This document shows positions 54,005 through 61,091 of a stretch of 61,091 nucleotides of DNA, one piece after another. The notes under the pieces were generated by a model. The model did not search any database and was not told where the DNA came from. It saw only the letters and a program-made list of their open reading frames with translations. The DNA lies in contig CALMZW010000071.1 of the NCBI GenBank assembly GCA_937870605.1, forward strand, positions 1 to 61,091, written 5' to 3'. Position 1 is the first letter of the stretch; every line of letters begins with the position of its first letter. A program made the position numbers and the translations under genes. This DNA is from an uncultured Synergistaceae bacterium (lineage in GTDB: Bacteria > Synergistota > Synergistia > Synergistales > Aminobacteriaceae).

Positions 54005-57000
54005 ATGCGGATTCTCGACGTGCGGTTCAAAAACCTGAACTCTCTCGCGGGAGAATGGAACATCGACCTCACGAACGCCGCGTATGCGTCGGACGGGATC
54101 TTCGCGATCACGGGCCCGACGGGTTCCGGCAAGACGACGATCCTCGACGCGATCTGCCTCGCGCTCTACGGACGGACCCCTCGCCTCGACAAGGTCACGA
54201 AGGGCGCGAATGAAATCATGTCGCGGCGGACCGGGGAGTGCTTCGCGGAAGTGACCTTCGCGACGGGCGACCGCCGTTTCCGCTGCTGCTGGAGCCAGAA
54301 CCGCGCCAGGAACAGGCCGGACGGGGAGTTGCAGGCGCCGAAGCACGAACTTTCCGACGCCGTCACGGGGAAGATCCTGGAATCCAGACTGCGAGGCGTG
54401 GCCGAAAGGATCGAACAAGCGACGGGAATGGATTTCGAGCGGTTCACGCGCTCGATGCTTCTGGCGCAGGGCGGATTCGCCGCGTTTCTCAAGGCGTCTC
54501 CGGGCGAACGCGCCCCCATCCTGGAGCAGATCACCGGGACGGAAGTGTACAGCGACATCTCGAAGCGGGTTCACGAACGGCGCGCGCAGGAACAGAAAAA
54601 ACTCGACGTGCTCGGCGCGGAGCTTTCGGCAATGCGCCTTCTCGGCGAGGACGAGGAACGGACGCTGAGAGCGGCGCTGGCGGAAAAGGAACGAGAAACG
54701 GCTGCGGCCGGAGCGCTCCTCGAAACGAAGTCGCGGGCGCTCGCGTGGCTCGAAGGGGTGCAGCGACTCGAGGGGGAGCTGGAATCGCTCGCGCGCAAAC
54801 GCGACGACCTCTCCGCCCGAAGAGAGGCGTTCCGGCCGGACCTCCTGCGCCTCGAACGCGCCATGCGCGCGCTGGAGCTCGAAGGAGCGTACGAAGCGCT
54901 GTCGTCCCTGCGCCGGGATCAGGAGGCGGACGAGCGCGCCGCGGAAGAATGCCGCGTGACCCTGCCCGGACTCGAAGACGACGTGACGCATGCGCAGCGC
55001 AATTCCGAACGGAGCGACGAGGCGTTCCTTTCGGCGAAGGCGGAGCAGCAGGAGCGCGTCCCGGTCTTTCGGAAGGTTCGCGATCTCGATGTCCGGATCG
55101 CGGAACGGGATGCGCCGATCCGCAAAGCGGCCGATGCGCTGTCCGCGATGGAAGCGGAGTCCGGAGAACTTCTGGCCCGGAACGAAACGGATCGCGCCGC
55201 GCTCGGAGACGTTCGGTCGTCCCTCGACGCCGTCGTTGCGTATATGGCCGAAAACGCCGCGGACGAAGCGCTTTCCGAGCGACTCGGCGCCGTACGAAGC
55301 CGTTTCTACGCGTTCCGGGAGGCGAGGGCGCGCCTTGGGACAAAAACGCAGGAGCGCCTCGAAGCCGAAAAACAATACGCGACGGCGCTTTCTTCGAGCG
55401 AAGAACGAAAGGCGGCGCTTTCGGCGTCGAGACGCGCCATCGAGGAACTTGATCGCGCCGTCGTCGACGCCGGGGGTGAGCTGGACGCAGCCCTTGCGGG
55501 ACGGACGCTTCCGCAGATGCGGCAGGCGTTTTCCGACGCCGGAAAACGCGCGGCCGTCGCGGAGCGGATCGCAGACGACGCGCGCACGCACACCGACGCC
55601 CGGCGAAAAGCGGCGGACGTATCGCCCCTTCTCGAATCGCTCGGCGTCGAACGGGAACGTCTTGCGCGCGAAATTCCCGAAGCCGTCGAAGCACTGTCGG
55701 TCTGCGAGAGCGAGCGGGAACGCCTTGAATCGGAGCAGATGCGCCTTCGCGCTGCGGAGTCGTACGCGGAGGCGAGGGCGCGTCTTGCGGACGGAGAGCC
55801 GTGCCCGCTCTGCGGGGCCGTGACGCATCCCTACGCGTCCGTTGCGGACGACGTACCTTCCGGCGCTTCCGACGAAATCGGGGCGATGCTGCGCGCAGTC
55901 GGAAAGGATCGCAAGAAGGCCGAAACGCGCCTTGCCGACCTTCGCGTCCGCGATGCGGAGGTCCTGGGTGACATCCGGCGCAGCGGGGAGCGCCTGAAAG
56001 AACTCGAAGGGGAGATCGCCGAAAGCCGGGCGCGCATCGGCGAACGATTGGCGTCCCTGCCGCCGGAAGTTCGGGCGCCCGAAGACGGCATCCTTTCAAA
56101 CGGGGGCGCCTGCCTGCTTCAGAAAGCCCGAGAAGCGCTTCGCGCGTCGGAAGAGGCGTTGCGCTCGGCCGAAGAAAAGGAAACGGCGTTCGCGCGCGCC
56201 CGCGACGCGCGCGACACGGCGCTCGACGCCTGGAACCGGCTGGAGCGCGACGCGCAGAAAGCCGTTCACGAAGCGGACATGGCGCACAGGGCCCTCGATC
56301 GCGCCGACGAAGATGTCCGCGCCGCCGCGGAGGAGTCCGACCGCCTTCTCGCCGAAGCGGCGAATGATGTCGCCTCCTGGGGAGCGGGAGAGCTGACGGC
56401 GGACTCCATGGACGCGATCGACGCGCTTCTCGACGCGCGACGCATCGCCTGGAGGGATCGGGAGCGGCGGCGAAGGGAACTTGAGGATCGCGCCGCGCGC
56501 CTCGAAGCGGACATCCGCAATCGCGACGAACGGCTGGAACGCCTGTGCGCGGATATCGAGCGGACCCGCGGGGAGCGGGACAGTCTCGCCGGAATCCGGG
56601 ACCTCCTGATGCGGGAGCGACGGGAGCTTTTCGGGGAGAGAAGTCCCGACCACGAGGAAGAACGACTCCGGATCGCCCTCGAAGACGCCGAGCGGGGGCA
56701 TCGGGATGCGCTCGACGCCCTGCGGCGCGCCGAACGCGAGCGCGACGATCTGTTGCGCCGCGGGGAGTCGCTCGGGAAGGCGATCCGGGAGCGAAGCGGG
56801 GCGCTTCATGCGGCCGCGGAGGCCTTTTCGTTCCGGCTTCATGCGAACGGTTTTTCGGACGAAGCGGATTTTCGCGCCGCGTGCATGCCGCGGGAAGAAC
56901 GGAACGCTCTGTCCGAATGCTCGGACGCCCTCGCGCAGGAGCAGGCGGGGCTCGACGCGCAACACCGGGAAAAAACGGACGCTCTGGAAAACGAGCGGCG

Positions 57001-57700
57001 GAAGCGGATGACGGAGCAGTCGAAAGCGGAACTCGATGCGGAAACGGCCGGGATGGGCGAGCATCTGAGGCGCTTGCAGCAGGAACTTGGAGGCATCCGC
57101 CAGAAGCTGGACGACAACGACGAGGCGCTGGAGCTGCAGCGGGAGCGGCTTCGCGCGCGCGACGCGCAAAAGGCGGAATGTTCGCGGTGGGACGCGCTGC
57201 ACGGCCTCATCGGCTCGGCCGACGGATGGAAATACCGGAACTTTGTGCAAGCGTTGACCTTCGAGCGGATGATCGACCTCGCGAACCGGCAGCTCCGGCA
57301 GATGTCCGACCGCTATCTGCTCGTCAGGGACGCGGAGCAGCCCTTGGAACTCAACGTCCGGGACGCCTGGCAGGCGGGGGAGATACGGTCCGTGAAAAAC
57401 CTCTCGGGCGGGGAAAGCTTCATCGTCAGCCTCACGCTTGCGCTTGGGCTTTCGCGGATGGCGAGCAGAAAGGTCCGCGTGGACTCGCTCTTTCTCGACG
57501 AAGGCTTCGGCACGCTCGACGAAGACGCGCTCGAAACGGCCCTCCAGACACTCGCGGGCCTGAGCGGGAACGGCAAGCTCATCGGCGTGATCTCGCACGT
57601 CCCGGCGATCCGGGAGCGTATCGCCGCACAAATAGAGGTCCGGCCCCTCGCGGGGGGATGCAGCGAACTCGTCGGCCCGGGGTGCGCGAAGGCCGGGTGA
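54005..57700 (+). CDS. sbcC: exonuclease SbcCD, ATPase subunit C (Rad50-like)
   Basis: In-frame part of track ORF 53933..57700. Begins MRILDVRFKNLNSLAGEW, with Walker A GPTGSGKTT, a long coiled coil carrying the zinc hook CPLCG, signature LSGGESF and Walker B LFLDEGFGTLD. Confidence 0.9.
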   Translation: MRILDVRFKNLNSLAGEWNIDLTNAAYASDGIFAITGPTGSGKTTILDAICLALYGRTPRLDKVTKGANEIMSRRTGECFAEVTFATGDRRFRCCWSQNRARNRPDGELQAPKHELSDAVTGKILESRLRGVAERIEQATGMDFERFTRSMLLAQGGFAAFLKASPGERAPILEQITGTEVYSDISKRVHERRAQEQKKLDVLGAELSAMRLLGEDEERTLRAALAEKERETAAAGALLETKSRALAWLEGVQRLEGELESLARKRDDLSARREAFRPDLLRLERAMRALELEGAYEALSSLRRDQEADERAAEECRVTLPGLEDDVTHAQRNSERSDEAFLSAKAEQQERVPVFRKVRDLDVRIAERDAPIRKAADALSAMEAESGELLARNETDRAALGDVRSSLDAVVAYMAENAADEALSERLGAVRSRFYAFREARARLGTKTQERLEAEKQYATALSSSEERKAALSASRRAIEELDRAVVDAGGELDAALAGRTLPQMRQAFSDAGKRAAVAERIADDARTHTDARRKAADVSPLLESLGVERERLAREIPEAVEALSVCESERERLESEQMRLRAAESYAEARARLADGEPCPLCGAVTHPYASVADDVPSGASDEIGAMLRAVGKDRKKAETRLADLRVRDAEVLGDIRRSGERLKELEGEIAESRARIGERLASLPPEVRAPEDGILSNGGACLLQKAREALRASEEALRSAEEKETAFARARDARDTALDAWNRLERDAQKAVHEADMAHRALDRADEDVRAAAEESDRLLAEAANDVASWGAGELTADSMDAIDALLDARRIAWRDRERRRRELEDRAARLEADIRNRDERLERLCADIERTRGERDSLAGIRDLLMRERRELFGERSPDHEEERLRIALEDAERGHRDALDALRRAERERDDLLRRGESLGKAIRERSGALHAAAEAFSFRLHANGFSDEADFRAACMPREERNALSECSDALAQEQAGLDAQHREKTDALENERRKRMTEQSKAELDAETAGMGEHLRRLQQELGGIRQKLDDNDEALELQRERLRARDAQKAECSRWDALHGLIGSADGWKYRNFVQALTFERMIDLANRQLRQMSDRYLLVRDAEQPLELNVRDAWQAGEIRSVKNLSGGESFIVSLTLALGLSRMASRKVRVDSLFLDEGFGTLDEDALETALQTLAGLSGNGKLIGVISHVPAIRERIAAQIEVRPLAGGCSELVGPGCAKAG

Positions 57701-57753
57701 CGCGGAATACAGTACGGCAGACCGTCAAATCACAGGAGAAGGGGACAGAATCC

Positions 57754-60700
57754 ATGCCGAAACGAAGAATGGAAACCATGGACGGAAATACCGCCGCGGC
57801 GTACGTTTCGTACGCGTTCACGGAAGTTGCGGGGATCTTCCCGATCACGCCGTCGTCGCCGATGGCGGAACTCGTCGACGAATGGGCGGCGCAGGGGAGG
57901 AAGAACTTCTTCGGACAGCCCGTGAAGATCATGGAAATGCAGTCCGAGGGCGGGGCTGCCGGCGTCGTTCACGGGGCGCTCCAGGGCGGCGCGTACGCCA
58001 CGACGTACACGGCGTCGCAAGGGCTCCTCCTCATGATCCCGAACATGTACCGGATCGCCGGAGAGCTGCTGCCGGCCGTCTTTCACGTGAGCGCGCGAAC
58101 GCTCGCGAACAACGCGTGGAGCATCTTCGGCGAGCATCAGGACGTTATGGCGACACGCCAGACGGGGTTTGCGATCTTCGCCTCGGACAGCGTCCAGGAC
58201 GTGATGAACTTCGCGGCGATTACGCACCTGACGGCGATCAGCGCGCGCATCCCGTGCCTCCATTTCTTCGACGGATTCCGGACGTCCCACGAAATCCAGA
58301 AGATCGAGGTGCTGGAATACGACGAACTCCGCGCGCTCGTCGACGAGGACGCGGTCCGGTCCTTCAGGGACGACGCGCTGAACCCGGATCACCCGGACCT
58401 TCGCGGCACGACCGTCAATCCGGACGTCTACTTTCAGCTCAGGGAGTCCGTCAACCCGCACTACCAGGCGCTCCCCGCGGTGATCGACCGGTACATGGGC
58501 GAAATCAACCGGATCACCGGGAAAGAGTACGGGTTCTTCAACTATTACGGCGCTTCGGATGCGGACCGGGTCATCGTGGCGATGGGGTCGGCGTGCAGCA
58601 CGATACGGGAGACGGTCGACCGGATGAACGCGAACGGCGAGAAGGTCGGCCTGGTCTGCGTCCGCGTCTTTCGGCCTTTCCTTCCCGAACGGCTTCGCGC
58701 CGCCTTCCCGGAAAGCGTCGAAAAAATCGCCGTCCTCGACCGGACGAAAGAGAACGCCGCCGCGGGAGAACCCCTCTATGTCGAGGTCCGGAGCGCCTTT
58801 TACGACTGCGGAACGTCGCCCTGCATCGTCGGCGGCCGATATGGGCTCGGGTCGAAGGACTTCAACCCCTCGATGGTCGTTTCGGTGTTCGAGAACCTGA
58901 AATCGGACCGGCCGAAGAACGCGTTCACGGTCGGCATCGTCGACGACGTGACGCATACGTCCCTTCCGGCGCCCGCGGACCCCGTCGATTCGGCGCCCGA
59001 GGGGACGATCGCGTGCAAATTCTGGGGCTTCGGCTCCGACGGCACCGTAGGGGCGAACAAGAGCGCGATCAAGATCATCGGCGACCGAACGGATATGTAC
59101 GCCCAGGCGTACTTCGCGTACGACTCGAAGAAATCCGGCGGCGTCACGATATCGCATCTGCGTTTCGGACATTCCCCGATCGAGTCGGCGTATTACATCG
59201 ACGCGGCCGATTTCATCGCCTGCCACAACCAATCGTACGTCGGCGCGTACGACCTGCTTGAAGGGCTGCGCCCGAAGGGGAAGTTCCTTCTCAACTGCGC
59301 GTGGAGCGATCGCGAACTCGAAGACCGCCTTCCGGGATCGATGAAACGCGCCCTCGCCGCGGGCGAAATCGAATTCTACACGATCGACGCGGGGCGGATC
59401 GCGCAGGAAATCGGCCTCGGCGGGCGCATCAACATGATCATGCAGGCGGCGTTTTTCAAGATCGCGAATATCCTTCCGATCGAGGCCGCCGTCGCGTATT
59501 TGAAGGAGGCCGCCGCCGAAAGCTATTCCAAGCAGGGACAGAAGGTCGTCGACATGAACTTCGCCGCGATCGACCGCGGCGTCCGGGATCTCGTGCGCGT
59601 CGCGGTGAAGGAGGAATGGAAGACGGCGAAGGACGAAGCGACGCGTCCCGACCCGGACATGCCGGATTTTGTCAGGGATGTCGTCCTTCCCGTCACGGCG
59701 CAGAAGGGCGACAGTCTTCCCGTCGGCGTCTTCCGGGGCCACGAGCGCGGGTTCATGCCGCTCGGAACGACCGAATGGGAGAAACGAGGCGTTGCGTCGC
59801 ACGTCCCCGTCTGGGACGCAACGAAGTGCATCCAGTGCAACCAGTGTTCGTTCATCTGTCCGCACGCCGCCATCCGCCCGCTGCTCGTCGACGAGGGCGA
59901 AGCCGAAGGCGCGCCGGACGGGTTCCGGACGGCCCCGGCGAGGGGGTTCTCGGGGAAGGACTTCCACCTTTCTATCTCGGTCCTGGACTGCGCCGGGTGC
60001 GGCGGATGCGTCAATGTCTGTCCCGCGCCGGAGACGGCGCTGTCGATGAAGCCGCTCGACGCCGTTCGCGAGCGGGGCGCCGCGTTGTGGACGTTCGCAT
60101 CGAAACGGATCTCGTACAAACCCCTGCCGGAAGAACAGACCAGAACGGTGAAGGGAAGCCAGTTCGCGCGGCCGCTGCTCGAGTTCTCGGGCGCGTGCGC
60201 GGGCTGCGGCGAGACGCCGTACGTCAAGCTCCTCACGCAGCTGTTCGGCGACCGGATGGTCGTCGTCAATACGGCGGGATGCACGGCGGTCTGGGGCGGC
60301 AGCTTCCCGTCGATCGCGTACAGGACGAACGAGCGGGGGCATGGTCCCGCATACGGGTACTCGCTCTTCGAGGATTGCAGCGAATACGGACTCGGGATCT
60401 TCCTGGGCGCCAGGCAAAACCGCGAGCTTCTGGCGCTTCAGGTGAAGGACGCGCTTCAGAAGGATCTCGACGCCGACCTGAAGAAGGCGATGATCGACTG
60501 GATGGAACACCGGGAAGAGACCTCCGCCGCGCGATCCCGCGCCGATGTGCTGACGGCGCTTCTGGAACGCGGGAAGGGGGACGACGTCCTGCTCAACAGG
60601 ATCTGGGAGCGGCGCGACTTCCTCGTGAAGCGGTCGCTCTGGATCATCGGCGGCGACGGCTGGGCGTACGACATCGGGTACGGCGGGCTCGATCACGTCC

Positions 60701-61091
60701 TGGCGTCGGGCGAGGACGTCAACGTTCTCGTCATCGACACCGAGGTGTATTCCAACACGGGCGGCCAGTCGTCGAAGGCGACGCCGACCGCGGCCATCGC
60801 CGGGTTCAACGCGGGAGGCAAACGAACGGGCAAGAAGGACCTCGGCCTGATGGCCCTCACCTACGGTCACGTCTACGTGGCGCAGGTCGCCATGGGCGCG
60901 GACAGAAACCAGACACTCCGGGCGTTCGCCGAGGCGGACGCGTATCGCGGAGCGTCGCTCGTGATCGCCTACGCGCCGTGCATCAATCACGGGCTCGTCG
61001 CGGGCATGGGCCGATCGCAGGACCAGGAGCGCCGGGCGGTCGAGGCCGGGTACTGGTCGCTCTATCGCTACAATCCGCTGCTGAAGAAGGA
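57754..61091 (+). CDS. nifJ: pyruvate:ferredoxin (flavodoxin) oxidoreductase, single-chain, 3'-truncated by the window edge
   Basis: Not in the ORF track because there is no stop before the edge. My translation from ATG 57754 is MPKRRMETMDGNTAAAYVSYAFTEVAGIFPITPSSPMAELVDEW...EMQSEGGAAGVVHGAL...LLLMIPNMYRIAGELLP. In frame there are two ferredoxin motifs, CIQCNQCSFICP (59827-) and CAGCGGCVNVCP (about 59990-), and the TPP site GGDGWAYDIGYGGLDH. Confidence 0.9.
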   Translation, partial: MPKRRMETMDGNTAAAYVSYAFTEVAGIFPITPSSPMAELVDEWAAQGRKNFFGQPVKIMEMQSEGGAAGVVHGALQGGAYATTYTASQGLLLMIPNMYRIAGELLPAVFHVSARTLANNAWSIFGEHQDVMATRQTGFAIFASDSVQDVMNFAAITHLTAISARIPCLHFFDGFRTSHEIQKIEVLEYDELRALVDEDAVRSFRDDALNPDHPDLRGTTVNPDVYFQLRESVNPHYQALPAVIDRYMGEINRITGKEYGFFNYYGASDADRVIVAMGSACSTIRETVDRMNANGEKVGLVCVRVFRPFLPERLRAAFPESVEKIAVLDRTKENAAAGEPLYVEVRSAFYDCGTSPCIVGGRYGLGSKDFNPSMVVSVFENLKSDRPKNAFTVGIVDDVTHTSLPAPADPVDSAPEGTIACKFWGFGSDGTVGANKSAIKIIGDRTDMYAQAYFAYDSKKSGGVTISHLRFGHSPIESAYYIDAADFIACHNQSYVGAYDLLEGLRPKGKFLLNCAWSDRELEDRLPGSMKRALAAGEIEFYTIDAGRIAQEIGLGGRINMIMQAAFFKIANILPIEAAVAYLKEAAAESYSKQGQKVVDMNFAAIDRGVRDLVRVAVKEEWKTAKDEATRPDPDMPDFVRDVVLPVTAQKGDSLPVGVFRGHERGFMPLGTTEWEKRGVASHVPVWDATKCIQCNQCSFICPHAAIRPLLVDEGEAEGAPDGFRTAPARGFSGKDFHLSISVLDCAGCGGCVNVCPAPETALSMKPLDAVRERGAALWTFASKRISYKPLPEEQTRTVKGSQFARPLLEFSGACAGCGETPYVKLLTQLFGDRMVVVNTAGCTAVWGGSFPSIAYRTNERGHGPAYGYSLFEDCSEYGLGIFLGARQNRELLALQVKDALQKDLDADLKKAMIDWMEHREETSAARSRADVLTALLERGKGDDVLLNRIWERRDFLVKRSLWIIGGDGWAYDIGYGGLDHVLASGEDVNVLVIDTEVYSNTGGQSSKATPTAAIAGFNAGGKRTGKKDLGLMALTYGHVYVAQVAMGADRNQTLRAFAEADAYRGASLVIAYAPCINHGLVAGMGRSQDQERRAVEAGYWSLYRYNPLLKK

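Noticed and set aside
57730-60990. 1086-aa reverse-strand ORF, the longest ORF in the track for this region
   Set aside because: It is extremely Arg/Asp/Pro-rich with no recognisable motifs. It is exactly antisense to a forward frame that reads as textbook pyruvate:ferredoxin oxidoreductase (N-terminal TPP-enzyme block, two CxxCxxCxxxCP clusters, GGDGWAYDIGYGG). It is a high-GC shadow ORF. The real gene is missing from the track only because it has no stop before the window edge.
1-61091. Search by eye for CRISPR repeats, tRNA/rRNA genes, transposases, integrases, phage genes and toxin-antitoxin pairs
   Set aside because: I saw no regularly spaced direct repeats and no cloverleaf-like or rRNA-like conserved stretches in the spacers longer than 100 nt. 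I also saw no DDE or tyrosine-recombinase motifs. The window looks like core chromosome. A covariance-model scan (tRNAscan, Rfam) would be needed to exclude small ncRNAs.

Overview
High-GC (by eye) chromosomal segment carrying about 45 protein-coding genes. I found no rRNA, tRNA, CRISPR array, transposase or integrase. The gene content fits an anaerobic, diderm, peptide- and amino-acid-fermenting bacterium. Synergistota-like is only a guess.

Genes from left to right:
- An M20 amidohydrolase plus a Dpp/Opp-type peptide ABC importer.
- An isolated 52-codon ORF with its own promoter and terminator.
- A HisC-like aminotransferase.
- A reverse-strand ornithine decarboxylase, spermidine synthase and carbamate kinase operon.
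- A Sel1-repeat protein.
- An L,D-transpeptidase whose membrane anchor is only encoded if translation starts at a non-canonical ATT.
- An ABC-F ATPase followed by a lipoprotein gene.
- A cold-shock protein.
- A TolC-MFP-RND efflux operon.
- A small lytic transglycosylase and HtpG.
- A five-gene CUT2-type ABC importer (orphan binding protein, ATPase, two permeases, small anchored protein).
- PepA and MnmE.
- Two tandem paralogous aminotransferases.
- An M48 peptidase.
- A tightly coupled operon of a YeeE/YedE-like membrane protein, an HDOD protein, a soluble hybrid histidine kinase, a REC-GGDEF cyclase and an Slt70-like transglycosylase.
- A monocistronic Cdc48/VCP-type double-AAA+ ATPase.
- An aspartate-type aminotransferase and an archaeal-type ApgM-like mutase.
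- YhaM-like exonuclease, a pseudouridine synthase and SbcD-SbcC.
- The 5' part of a single-chain pyruvate:ferredoxin oxidoreductase. This ORF is absent from the ORF track because it runs off the right edge.

Many long Arg-rich ORFs in the track are antisense or out-of-frame shadows of real genes and were rejected.

The best candidates for undescribed biology are the YeeE-like/HDOD/kinase/cyclase/Slt operon, the stand-alone bacterial Cdc48, and the fifth component of the orphan ABC importer. All family calls rest on motif recognition by eye. No database search was run.
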